Assembly: GCA_019058015.1 (NCBI GenBank) | Contig: JAHLWH010000194.1 | Location: 1 to 22,213, forward strand | Reading direction: 5' to 3' | Origin: Promethearchaeota archaeon | Lineage (GTDB): Archaea > Asgardarchaeota > Lokiarchaeia > Sigyniarchaeales > SOKP01 | Length of the DNA: 22,213 nucleotides | Shown here: positions 1 through 8,987 of the stretch, piece after piece | Layout of the letters: every line of letters begins with the position of its first letter | Numbering within the stretch: the first letter of the stretch is position 1 | The notes under the pieces: generated by a model | The model's input: only the letters and a program-made list of their open reading frames with translations | What the model was told of the DNA's origin: nothing | The model's database searches: none | Made by a program: the position numbers and the translations under genes

Positions 1-575
1 ATTATTGGCATATCAGGATGTTTTTGTCTAACTTGTTGCAAAAGAACTAATGAGCTTACTTTCTCATAGGATTGATGACCACCACCTTCTCCTCCTGTAA
101 CACCCATCCCATCAACTCCTGTAGCAACACACTTATCAGCAAGCCATAGAGCTGGCGCCACATGGAAATGTTTTATATTTGAACCGCTTTCTCTTAATCT
201 TTGGAAAGGTTTTGTATATATTAGTTTTGAAGAACCAGCACTTGTAATCACATAAACACATTGTTCTTTTATTTTTGGGTTGTTCATAATAAATTTTGGA
301 ATATTTCTGCAAAGATTTTGGGCATCAAGTTGCATTCTTCCGGTTCTAATATTAAATCCGAAAGGCTTGTCAGTATGTTCTACGACATATGTTATGTCCT
401 CTTTCATTTGTTTAAAACTATCTTTCCCGTACATATTAGTATGGCTAATAACACCAAGCCCACCTGCTTCAGAAACTGCAACTGCTAATTTGGTTGTATA
501 GAAAGGACCCATAGGTGCCGCAACAATTGGATGCTTTATCCCTAACATTTTGGTAATATTTGTCTCAAATACCAC
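1..575 (-). CDS. Nitronate monooxygenase / FabK-like FMN-dependent oxidoreductase (runs off the window's left edge)
   Basis: Not in the ORF track. Manual translation from GTG at 575 (GTGAT SD just upstream) gives MVFETNITKMLGIKHPIVAAPMGPFYTTKLAVAVSEAGGLGVISH... and later GVDGMGVTGGEGGGHQ, matching the family's P-I-x-x-A-P-M-G, VSxAGGLG and EGGGH motifs. Confidence 0.88.
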   Translation of the reverse strand, partial: MVFETNITKMLGIKHPIVAAPMGPFYTTKLAVAVSEAGGLGVISHTNMYGKDSFKQMKEDITYVVEHTDKPFGFNIRTGRMQLDAQNLCRNIPKFIMNNPKIKEQCVYVITSAGSSKLIYTKPFQRLRESGSNIKHFHVAPALWLADKCVATGVDGMGVTGGEGGGHQSYEKVSSLVLLQQVRQKHPDMPI

Positions 576-715
576 TTATAATCACTTTTTATTCTTATAC
601 AATTTTTTTTTGTTTTAGTTTTCTGATAGAATAAAATTATAAAGTCTTAAAAATTTTATACTGAAAATCTATTATTTTATAATTAAAAAATATAAAAAAT
701 CATCATGAACATAAT

Positions 716-1327
716 ATGGATTTAGAGGTTGATTCAGAGGGCACAGCATTTTTAATTATTGATAAGGATTTTAGTCTTTTTACTATATCTAAACCGAGTT
801 ATTGGAAACACCAAGATAACAGCGAATTAATTTCATATTCATGTGTAGGGGGTAAATTGGAAGAGGGAGAAAATGCCATAGAAGCTGGAAAAAGGGAAGC
901 TTATGAAGAATTAGGCATAGATGTTCGTATTCATTCATCAAAAGTCACTTATTTAATAGATTTACAATTAAATAAACAAGTAATTGAATTTAATCAATCA
1001 ATTAAGCCATTTGCAATTTATAATACAAAATTTTCAGAAAAACCGGAGGAGGATTCAGAAAATTCTACTCTTTTGGGGAGAGTATATGTTTATTTTGCGA
1101 GTCTTTTAGGAGATCCTTCTCCATTATCAGAAATTCCTGCATTAATATGGCTAAAATGGGAAGATATGTTATTCAACATATCAAATCCTATGCGTTTTAA
1201 TGAGATACTTTCAAAGGGACGAATAATTGAAAAAGTGGAAATCCCAAACAATTCTTACTTTATACCAGTGATGACACCTGAGATTACTGGTAAAGTATTT
1301 GGAAAAATAACGGCGTACTTAAAGTAG
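716..1327 (+). CDS. NUDIX hydrolase
   Basis: Complete NUDIX box GGKLEEGENAIEAGKREAYEELG. Confidence 0.85.
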   Translation: MDLEVDSEGTAFLIIDKDFSLFTISKPSYWKHQDNSELISYSCVGGKLEEGENAIEAGKREAYEELGIDVRIHSSKVTYLIDLQLNKQVIEFNQSIKPFAIYNTKFSEKPEEDSENSTLLGRVYVYFASLLGDPSPLSEIPALIWLKWEDMLFNISNPMRFNEILSKGRIIEKVEIPNNSYFIPVMTPEITGKVFGKITAYLK

Positions 1328-1365
1328 ATTAAATAAAAAATAAAAGAGAATATAAGATAGTTATT

Positions 1366-2622
1366 TTATTTATTTGCCTCGTCATCATCCGTGTGGATTC
1401 TTTTAAGGTCTATTTCACTATATCCGGGTAAGGCATTTATGAGATTTCTCATAGATCGTTCAACATCCTTACTTGAGGTAATGTATCTTCCAATAATTAA
1501 TATATCTGCTCCCTTTTCAATTGCATATTTAGCAGTCTCGGGTTCTATCCCTCCGGCAACAGCTACAAGTACTCTATCTCTCCCAGAAACAAGTTTTTTA
1601 TCTTTATAAAACTCTTTAATTTTTGGAACCCATGCCCACTTTTGACGTTGAATATCGTTAGTTTCTACACTTTCGGTATCAATTCCTCTATGTAATATTA
1701 CTACATCGGGAATTTCCTTTAGTTGGGATAATTTTACAATGGGATCATCAACTTCCATCATATCTACATACGCATAGATACTTACTCTGTGCGCTTCAAA
1801 TATGAATTTATCAAGCATAACCGGAGATGCAAGACCTGAAGCAACCACAGCATCTGCGGTGGCATCAAAAGCAAAATCCACTTCTAATTTTCCAACGTCT
1901 AAAGTTTTTAAATCAGCGACTAAAAATACGTCTGGTAATTTTTCTCTTAGTTTTACAACTGCATCCATTCCATATTTTTTTACCAAGGGAGTTCCAGCTT
2001 CAACAATTATTCTATCACTTCTTGGTAATTGCGAAACAACTTTCATTTGATGGTCTATTGAGGGATGATCCAATGCTACCTGAATATAAGGTGGCCTCCA
2101 TAAACGTGGCATCTTAATTCCAGAGACTGGGTGTTTTGCTCTATCTTTATCATAAAATATTTTCTTAATTGTAGGATATTTCTCAAGTGCTCTTTTGATT
2201 GCTAATTTTGTTGCACTATAATTATATTGGTAAATTCGTCGATTATCTGAAGCTCCTGGGTGAATAAAACAGCTAACTACAATCACCCAATCGTCGGCTT
2301 TATTGATTGGAATCACTCCTTCTTCTAAAGAGTCTGCTACGGCCTTGGCGATTGCTGCTTGCGCCGGTCCAAAAATTTTACTTGCATCCTCTAGGTTTCC
2401 GATAGTAACTTTCGGAATTATTAAGGTTTGGGGTTTAGGTGTTAAATTAGGTCGAATTACGGCTAATAGAGCGCCGTGACCTGCACTAGGTTGGGTCATA
2501 GCATTTGCAAAAGCTTGTCCAACTGGTCCGTTCTTAGATCCAATCATTAAGTCAATGTGAGCTATGTTTTCTTTCTCACCAAGGAGTGCTTCACCTATCA
2601 AAAATTCATCTTTAGCAGGCAT
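1366..2622 (-). CDS. fae-hps: Bifunctional formaldehyde-activating enzyme / 3-hexulose-6-phosphate synthase
   Basis: N-terminal Fae domain (IGEAL, AHIDLMIG, LLAVIRPNL, FGPAQAAIAKAV, YNYSATKLAI) fused to an HPS/KGPDC barrel (QVALD, EAGTPL, ADLKTLDVG, HRGID, VAVAGGI). Likely ATG at 2622; the ORF track uses TTG at 2631. Confidence 0.93.
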   Translation of the reverse strand: MPAKDEFLIGEALLGEKENIAHIDLMIGSKNGPVGQAFANAMTQPSAGHGALLAVIRPNLTPKPQTLIIPKVTIGNLEDASKIFGPAQAAIAKAVADSLEEGVIPINKADDWVIVVSCFIHPGASDNRRIYQYNYSATKLAIKRALEKYPTIKKIFYDKDRAKHPVSGIKMPRLWRPPYIQVALDHPSIDHQMKVVSQLPRSDRIIVEAGTPLVKKYGMDAVVKLREKLPDVFLVADLKTLDVGKLEVDFAFDATADAVVASGLASPVMLDKFIFEAHRVSIYAYVDMMEVDDPIVKLSQLKEIPDVVILHRGIDTESVETNDIQRQKWAWVPKIKEFYKDKKLVSGRDRVLVAVAGGIEPETAKYAIEKGADILIIGRYITSSKDVERSMRNLINALPGYSEIDLKRIHTDDDEANK

Positions 2623-2752
2623 ATAAATCAATTTTTTTTTAAATTATTCTAAAATATTATCCACTATGTAAAAAGAGATTATCAATTTATTAAAACTTAA
2701 GTAATATGAGAGTATTAGTTTAAGGTAAATTTGAAAGGGATTTATTTTTAAC

Positions 2753-3613
2753 TTATTCTAAATCAATTTTATCTTTATCAACTTTATTAACATTTAGTTG
2801 TTCTTTTATAGGCTCTTCAATTAATTTTTCAGGAATTTTCATTGAATTAAAAATAGAATTCATTTCTCCAGGTTGATGGAATTTTTCTTCCATAAAAATT
2901 GGGATTTTTAATTGTTCGCCCTTAACTTTTAAATCTTCTGGAATATAATATTCTATTGCCTGAACTTTACTATCTTTTATTATTAGTCTTATAGAATACT
3001 GGTATGTATGATCAAAATAGAAGCCATTAGGAATTTGACCTAATTTTTTTATTGTTTTTATTTCATCGATTTTAGTTATATATGAATTTAGTTCAGATTC
3101 ATAGGAATAGAAATCCCCTCCTATAAGAATAATTTTAGGATGGAAATCTTCTGGTTGAGGGATGGATTTAAGCAATTCTATTGCATCTTTTTTATTAATA
3201 CCGGAATGCACACATAAATCTGTAAATTTTATAGCTTTTTCTCCTGGGATAGTATAATTATTATAATCTTCTCGTGTAATAACTCGAGCCCTACCAGGTC
3301 CAACTTGTTGTTCAAATATTTTCTGAATTGATTTATCATCATAAGAATATTCATTCATATTAGTAATTCTATAAAATAATCTAAGTTGAGCTCTAAATTT
3401 TCTTGCTAAGATTCCCCCAAACATTTGTAGTTTTAAGGAGGTTTTTGGTCCATAGTAAGTCCAAATTCTTTTCTCATTATGATCAATTAAAATTAATACT
3501 TTCTGATTATCAATTAGATCTTTAACGGTTTCTTCTTTAGATATATCTGCAAATAATTCTTTTGTTTCCATATAAGGTGCTTCTTTAAGTTCAATAACTT
3601 CAAATATTTGCAT
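2753..3613 (-). CDS. Hypothetical protein with putative N-terminal gelsolin-like domain
   Basis: LIDNQKVLILIDHNEKRIWTYYGPKTSLKLQMFGGILARKFR resembles the gelsolin-repeat pattern (L-x-x-x-x-V-h-I-L-D...I-W-x-W-x-G-x-x-S followed by a long helix). GAGGT SD upstream. Confidence 0.5.
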   Translation of the reverse strand: MQIFEVIELKEAPYMETKELFADISKEETVKDLIDNQKVLILIDHNEKRIWTYYGPKTSLKLQMFGGILARKFRAQLRLFYRITNMNEYSYDDKSIQKIFEQQVGPGRARVITREDYNNYTIPGEKAIKFTDLCVHSGINKKDAIELLKSIPQPEDFHPKIILIGGDFYSYESELNSYITKIDEIKTIKKLGQIPNGFYFDHTYQYSIRLIIKDSKVQAIEYYIPEDLKVKGEQLKIPIFMEEKFHQPGEMNSIFNSMKIPEKLIEEPIKEQLNVNKVDKDKIDLE

Positions 3614-3633
3614 GAGTTACCTCATCATCTTTT

Positions 3634-4992
3634 TTATTTAAGTGCTACTCTTCCAATAGCTCTAAAAGTTAATTCTTTATCAAATTCTTCAAAAGAAAAA
3701 ATTCTTCTTCCGTCAATAACAAATGGATTTTTCATTAATCTTATGAACTTGCTAGGTTTCAGTATTTTAAATTCATCCCATTCTGTTGTAATTATTGCAC
3801 AATCAGCATCTTTTAATAATTCCTCAATATTATTGGCATATTGAATTTTATTTCCCAATACTTCTCTTGCTGATTCTTTAGCTTTTGGATCATATCCAAT
3901 AATATTAGAAGCATTTCTTCTTTTTAATTCATTAATAATTCTTATACTTGGAGCCTGTCGCATATCATCAGTACCAGGCTTAAAAGCAAGTCCTAATAAT
4001 GCAATTTTCTTATTTGAAAGATTATTTAAGGTATTTTCTGCAAGATCCACAATGTGAATTGCTTGGTCATCGTTAATAGCAAGTACTGCATTTAATAATC
4101 GTGGATCATATCCTTTAGATTGTGCAAATGCTTTAATTGCATTAATATCTTTTGGAAAACAAGAACCTCCGAATCCAACTCCCGCTCCAAGAAATCTTTC
4201 ACAAATCCTGTAGTCAAGACCGACACCCTTCATAACTTGAACTACATCCACTCCAGGAACAAGTTCTGCTAAATTGGCAAATTCATTAGCATAACTAATT
4301 TTTGTTGCTAATAAACAATTATTCCCATATTTAACTAACTCCGCACTCTCCAAATTTATTCTTAATATGGGTGCTTTTTTTAAATGATCTCCATAAAAAG
4401 ACTCATATAATTCCTGTAAAATATCACCACTTTTTTTATCAAATTCTCCAATTACAATCCTATCCGGATAGAAAGTATCCTTAATAGAACGCCCCTCAGC
4501 TAAAAATTCGGGCTGCATACATAACCCAAAATCCTTCCCAAGTTCCTTTCCACTTATTTTTTGAATTGTGTCTCCGACAAGGTTTCTTGTCGTCCCCGGA
4601 ATAACTGTCGACCTAACAACTGTTAAATGATAATTTTCTTTCATTCTTAACACTTCGCCTATTTCTTTAGCAGCTTTTTCCATAAGAGTTAAATCTATTC
4701 TTTTATCTTCTCCCATCGGAGTTCCAACGATAATCATTGAAATATCAGTATCTAGAATAGCTTGTTTTCTTCCGACCAAACACTTAAAATTTCCATCATT
4801 TCGATTTACTACTTCTTTCAATATCTCTTCTAGCTCCACTTCATAAAAAGGAGCAATTCCTTGATTAATCAAATTAGCTTTCTCTTCATTATGAGTTGAA
4901 GCAATAACCTTTATTCCCCTATGAGCAAAGCATACTGCACTACACAAGCCAACAAAGCCAGTTCCAAGGATTGAGACACTTAATTTCTTCAT
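3634..4992 (-). CDS. ugd: UDP-glucose/GDP-mannose 6-dehydrogenase family protein
   Basis: Rossmann GTGFVG, VGTP, RSTVIPGT, PEFLAEG, catalytic GFGGSCFPKD and GLAFKPGTDDMR motifs. Confidence 0.93.
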   Translation of the reverse strand: MKKLSVSILGTGFVGLCSAVCFAHRGIKVIASTHNEEKANLINQGIAPFYEVELEEILKEVVNRNDGNFKCLVGRKQAILDTDISMIIVGTPMGEDKRIDLTLMEKAAKEIGEVLRMKENYHLTVVRSTVIPGTTRNLVGDTIQKISGKELGKDFGLCMQPEFLAEGRSIKDTFYPDRIVIGEFDKKSGDILQELYESFYGDHLKKAPILRINLESAELVKYGNNCLLATKISYANEFANLAELVPGVDVVQVMKGVGLDYRICERFLGAGVGFGGSCFPKDINAIKAFAQSKGYDPRLLNAVLAINDDQAIHIVDLAENTLNNLSNKKIALLGLAFKPGTDDMRQAPSIRIINELKRRNASNIIGYDPKAKESAREVLGNKIQYANNIEELLKDADCAIITTEWDEFKILKPSKFIRLMKNPFVIDGRRIFSFEEFDKELTFRAIGRVALK

Positions 4993-5102
4993 AATATACT
5001 AAAGAATTTGGTCTTTAAATTTTTTATTTCTTTTATCTTTAGAAAATCTTTTAAGTTTTGGTTGTTTAATTTTTTTATAACTAATCTATCATAAGAAATA
5101 AT

Positions 5103-5522
5103 ATGTCTGAAAAGCCCTCTTATAAATTAAATATCTCTGGTGGCAACTCTGGTCCCGGTAAAGGAAAAACAAAATTAATTCAAATAGATCAGTCAAAAGT
5201 AAATTTAAAAGGTTTAAAAATTGATGATACGATTAAGGGAGACCAATTAGGTCTTGTTGGATATGAGTTAATAATTACTGGTGGATCAGATAACAGCGGT
5301 TTTCCACTGAGGAAAGATATAGATGGGCCTTTAAAGAAAAGAATTCTCATTTCAAAAGGATTAGGTTATAAACCAAAGAGAAAAGGAGAACGAAGACGAA
5401 AAACTATGCGTGGGAATGAAATATCTTTTGATACAAGTTTAATTAATCTAAAGATTATAAAGTACGGAAAATCTAAATTTTTTAGTAAAACAGAGAAGAA
5501 AGAACCTATAGAAAAAGAATAA
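5103..5522 (+). CDS. rps6e: 30S ribosomal protein eS6
   Basis: YKLNIS, GYELIITGGSDNSGFP and GERRRKTMRGN motifs. Confidence 0.95.
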   Translation: MSEKPSYKLNISGGNSGPGKGKTKLIQIDQSKVNLKGLKIDDTIKGDQLGLVGYELIITGGSDNSGFPLRKDIDGPLKKRILISKGLGYKPKRKGERRRKTMRGNEISFDTSLINLKIIKYGKSKFFSKTEKKEPIEKE

Positions 5523-5569
5523 AAGTAATACTTATTCATGAATACTTATAAAAATTGGAGACAATAAAG

Positions 5570-5752
5570 ATGGTCAAAGTTAGAAATTGCTCATTCTGTG
5601 GTTATAACATCCCGGCTGGACGAGGAATAATGTATATAAAAAATGATGGAAATATTCTAAACTTTTGCTCGAATAAATGCCGTAAAGCAATGCTTAAATA
5701 TAAAAAGAATCCGAGGAAAACCCGTTGGACTAAATTTTATGGAAAACAATAA
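5570..5752 (+). CDS. rpl24e: 50S ribosomal protein eL24
   Basis: CSFCG...GRGIMYIKNDG...FCSNKC...NPRKTRWT. Start taken as ATG 5570, preceded by GGAG. Confidence 0.95.
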   Translation: MVKVRNCSFCGYNIPAGRGIMYIKNDGNILNFCSNKCRKAMLKYKKNPRKTRWTKFYGKQ

Positions 5753-5757
5753 TTTTT

Positions 5758-5961
5758 TTATTGTAAGCGTGGAAATTTTAAGATCTCATCAATTAAATTT
5801 ATATGACTAACGATCATACGCTTACAGCAAAATCTGGAAATATTTAATTTTTTAAAAGCATCTTCTGAGGGAATCCCTTTTTTAACTGTCATTTCAATAT
5901 ATGGTTCGTATAAATCTCCAATTAATTTTCCACAACTAAAGCATCGGATTGGAATAATCAA
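5758..5961 (-). CDS. rpoN: DNA-directed RNA polymerase subunit Rpo10 (N; RPB10 homologue)
   Basis: MIIPIRCFSCGK...RFCCKRM signature. TTG start. Confidence 0.96.
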   Translation of the reverse strand: MIIPIRCFSCGKLIGDLYEPYIEMTVKKGIPSEDAFKKLNISRFCCKRMIVSHINLIDEILKFPRLQ

Positions 5962-5966
5962 TTAAT

Positions 5967-6035
5967 ATCCTTCCTAAAAAATTTAAAAACTAATTTTTAG
6001 TTATTAATTAGCAATACATCCTTCCTAAAAAATTT
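5967..6035. repeat. 18-bp direct repeat (ATCCTTCCTAAAAAATTT x2) flanking a short inverted repeat
   Basis: Exact copies at 5967-5984 and 6018-6035, with AACTAA-TTT-TTAGTT at 5988-6002 between them. Lies in the rpoN/secY divergent intergenic region. Confidence 0.8.
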
Positions 6036-6180
6036 TATTAATATAGAGAATTTTTATTTTTTAAGAAATTCAATATTTTTAATAGATTATTGATTTTCCA
6101 AATAATTTTTATGTTTATATAACTTTTTTAATTTAATTTTATTGAATTTGATATTACTTTAAGTTATAAATAATTATAAA

Positions 6181-7671
6181 ATGTCTCAAAGCACAAGCAA
6201 ATTCTTAAGGTTCTTCTCCCCATTTATCAGAGTAATGCCGGAAATAAAAACTCCAGATAGAGAAGTCTCTTTTAAAGAAAAAATAATATGGACCGCAGTA
6301 GCTTTAATTATTTATTTAATTATGAGTAATATCCCTTTATATGGGGTTGATATTCAAGAAACTCAAGATTATTTTTATTGGTTGCGAGTTATTTTAGCCT
6401 CTCAGAGGGGGACATTAACGGAGCTGGGGATAGGTCCGATTGTAACTTCAGGTCTGATTATGCAGTTATTAATGGGTTCAGGTATTATAAAGATAAATAT
6501 GGCAGATCCTTATGATCGAAGCATGTTTACTGGAGCCCAAAAAATTTTAGCAATGTTTCTTACGGTATTTAACATTATAGCATATTTAGTTGGAGGTGCT
6601 TTTGGAAATCTTGAAGAAATTAGCCCTGCTGCTGTTATATTCATATTTCTCCAACTGTTTTTTTCGGGAGTAATTATAATTTTACTAGATGAGATGTTAC
6701 AGAAAGGTTGGGGTATTGGCTCAGGTGTGTCTCTCTTTATTGCAGCTGGGATTGCAGGACAAGTATTTTGGAATTGTTTTAGTTTTGTACCTATGACTGG
6801 AGAACATTTTGATGAAATGCCTCGTGGTATAGTTATTGCGTTTTTCCAAGCTTTATTTGATCCAGAGTCTCCAGTTGGAGTAGAGGATCTATGGTTTCGT
6901 GAATCCAATTTGCCTGGACTTGTGAGTATCATAACAACAATAGGAATATTTGTTGTCATTGTGTATTTTGAAAGTGTTAATATTGAGATTCCTCTGGCTT
7001 ACAGTGGATATCGAGGGTTCCAGGGAAAGTACCCGATCAAATTGCTTTATGTATCAAATATTCCAGTTATTTTAGTATCAGCTCTATATGCGAACCTACT
7101 GTTTATAGGTCAAATAATTGCGGGACCAAATTCAGCACTCCGTGGGGGGGATATAGATTTTTTGTTAAATTTAATTGCTTCTTATTCAGACGACCCAACA
7201 GCGACTGGTCCAGGTGGAAGTTATTTAAGTCCAATTGGGGGTATTCTTTATTTAATGACACCTCCGCAAGGGTTTGAATCAGTTATTGGAGATCCGTTGC
7301 GAGCTCTTATTTATTTGGGGATATTTATCGTATTCTGTGTAGTATTCGGAAGGGTTTGGGTTGAAGTTTCTGGATTGGCTCCACGAGATATTGCAAGACA
7401 AATTATAGATAGTGGAATGGAAATTCCAGGATTTAGAAGATCTGAGAAGATTATTGAGCGAATCTTGGCCAGATACATACCCACATTGACGATATTGTGC
7501 GGAATAATAGTAGGATTCCTTAGTTTCACCTCGGATGCGTTAGGAGCACTTTCTTCAGGAACAGGGTTATTAATCGCCATTGGAATTATTCATCAGTATG
7601 CCGAATCAATATCGAAAGAAGCTGCTGCGGAACAATATCCTGCTCTTCGAGGATTTTTAGGATTAGATTAA
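6181..7671 (+). CDS. secY: Protein translocase subunit SecY / Sec61alpha
   Basis: About 10 TM segments. FKEKIIWT, YWLRVILASQRGTLTELGIGPIVTSGLIMQLL, LLDEMLQKGWGIGSGVSLFIA, YPIKLLYVSNIPVIL, IPGFR and SGTGLL motifs. Confidence 0.97.
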   Translation: MSQSTSKFLRFFSPFIRVMPEIKTPDREVSFKEKIIWTAVALIIYLIMSNIPLYGVDIQETQDYFYWLRVILASQRGTLTELGIGPIVTSGLIMQLLMGSGIIKINMADPYDRSMFTGAQKILAMFLTVFNIIAYLVGGAFGNLEEISPAAVIFIFLQLFFSGVIIILLDEMLQKGWGIGSGVSLFIAAGIAGQVFWNCFSFVPMTGEHFDEMPRGIVIAFFQALFDPESPVGVEDLWFRESNLPGLVSIITTIGIFVVIVYFESVNIEIPLAYSGYRGFQGKYPIKLLYVSNIPVILVSALYANLLFIGQIIAGPNSALRGGDIDFLLNLIASYSDDPTATGPGGSYLSPIGGILYLMTPPQGFESVIGDPLRALIYLGIFIVFCVVFGRVWVEVSGLAPRDIARQIIDSGMEIPGFRRSEKIIERILARYIPTLTILCGIIVGFLSFTSDALGALSSGTGLLIAIGIIHQYAESISKEAAAEQYPALRGFLGLD

Positions 7672-7693
7672 TCTAATTATGGAGGTTTAAAAT

Positions 7694-8374
7694 TTGTTAA
7701 TATTGATATTTCAGGAATCAAATAACTTTCTTGATTTTATAACTTATCCTTTGGGATCAACAATTTTTGTTATGTTATTATCGCTAACCATTGCACTTTT
7801 TTCTTCATTTTTAACGAAGAAATTAGTTGATACTGAAGAATTAGAGAGAAAACAGAAGCTTATAAAAAAACATAAAGATGAAAAGAAAAAAATAATTGCA
7901 CTCGCAGAAACAAACCCAAAACAATATAGAAAGAAGAAAACTAAATGGCAAAGAAAGGATCAATTTATAAAAAACATCGAACGAGGAATAGGTTTACAAC
8001 GAATGAAGCCTATGTGTATAACGTTTTTGCCTATGATGATAATGTTTGGAGTTTTGAATATTTTCTTTGGCAAAAGTCCTGTTGCTTGTACACCCATGAA
8101 TGCAAACGATGTTCCTTTAATTAGTGAATATATTTGGGCTGCAACTAAGATCGAGGAACTCCCGCCAGCATGGACTGCATTGGTTTGGGGGGTAGCACGT
8201 CATATTGGCCAATTCGAAGGATGGATTAGTTTTACTGCGTGGTATTTCTTGAACTCCTTTTTTTTTAATGCAATAATCAATCGATTATTAGGAATACAAT
8301 CACAAACTACTGGTGGTATGGAAGGAATATTTAAGGGAATGGGAGCAGAAGCTACTGAATTTCCTGATATTTGA
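7694..8374 (+). CDS. EMC3/TMCO1 (DUF106) Oxa1-superfamily membrane insertase
   Basis: TM1, cytosolic coiled coil, MKPMCITFLP and a C-terminal WYFL motif. Directly downstream of secY, with GGAGG SD at 7681-7685. Confidence 0.87.
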   Translation: MLILIFQESNNFLDFITYPLGSTIFVMLLSLTIALFSSFLTKKLVDTEELERKQKLIKKHKDEKKKIIALAETNPKQYRKKKTKWQRKDQFIKNIERGIGLQRMKPMCITFLPMMIMFGVLNIFFGKSPVACTPMNANDVPLISEYIWAATKIEELPPAWTALVWGVARHIGQFEGWISFTAWYFLNSFFFNAIINRLLGIQSQTTGGMEGIFKGMGAEATEFPDI

Positions 8375-8402
8375 TATTTCTTTTAAAAGATTTAAAAATT
8401 AG

Positions 8403-8515
8403 CGCAGATGAGGGGATTTGAACCCCTGAGCGCGCACGCGCACTGGCTTTACAGGTAAAATAATTTTTTATTAATCGCTCCAAGCCAGCGTCTTACCAGT
8501 CTAGGCTACATCTGC
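8403..8515 (-). tRNA. tRNA-Ser(GGA) with a 29-nt intron at 37/38
   Basis: Minus strand: acceptor GCAGATG/CATCTGC plus G73, anticodon stem CTGGC/GCCAG, GGA at 8481-8479, long variable arm GCGCGTGCGCGC, T arm AGGGG-TTCAAAT-CCCCT. Intron about 8449-8477. CCA not encoded. Confidence 0.88.
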
Positions 8516-8618
8516 TTATTGTATAATTTTAATATTCTTTTTAATAATTATTAAATTTTGGATAATTAGAAAATGAAAATTAAGTATTAGTTAAAAAATG
8601 AGTGTGTTGAAATGGAAG

Positions 8619-8891
8619 TTATAATGTGATTTTAATTATTTCTTTCATTTTTTTTTCAATTTTTGCACTTTTAATTGCCTTTTCAATATCTTCATGTTTT
8701 GCTCCTTTAGAAATATTGACTTTTTCTTTTAAAGGCTCTAAATGTTTAAAATTAACTCTTCTTCTTTTAACTACAAGTCCATCAACAAGAACGAAATTTT
8801 TATCAATAATTTCGACGATTACACATTTTTTTCCAGCTTCTCTTCCCATTGTCTTTACGCAGACTCTTCCTATTTCGTATATTGTGCTCAT
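8619..8891 (-). CDS. rpl14e: 50S ribosomal protein eL14
   Basis: EIGRVCVKTMGREAGKKCVIVEIIDKNFVLVDG...KRRRVN (KOW fold). Confidence 0.95.
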   Translation of the reverse strand: MSTIYEIGRVCVKTMGREAGKKCVIVEIIDKNFVLVDGLVVKRRRVNFKHLEPLKEKVNISKGAKHEDIEKAIKSAKIEKKMKEIIKITL

Positions 8892-8987
8892 TTTTATGAT
8901 TCACAACTTTTTTAATTTAATATTATCAATAATTTTTGAAATAATAATTTTTTTATTTTAGAAAGAATAAAGTAATATTTTTAAAAT

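Noticed and set aside
261-501. Two short + strand ORFs (75 and 73 aa)
   Set aside because: Antisense shadows of the nitronate monooxygenase-like gene on the minus strand.
1391-2117. + strand ORFs inside fae-hps
   Set aside because: Antisense to a well-supported gene, with no motifs.
6510-7580. - strand ORFs of 149 and 89 aa
   Set aside because: Antisense shadows of secY.
8403-8515. tRNA-Sec, given the long variable arm and nearby SepSecS
   Set aside because: No UCA anticodon under any splice choice I could find, and the 7-bp acceptor with 5-bp T stem is canonical.
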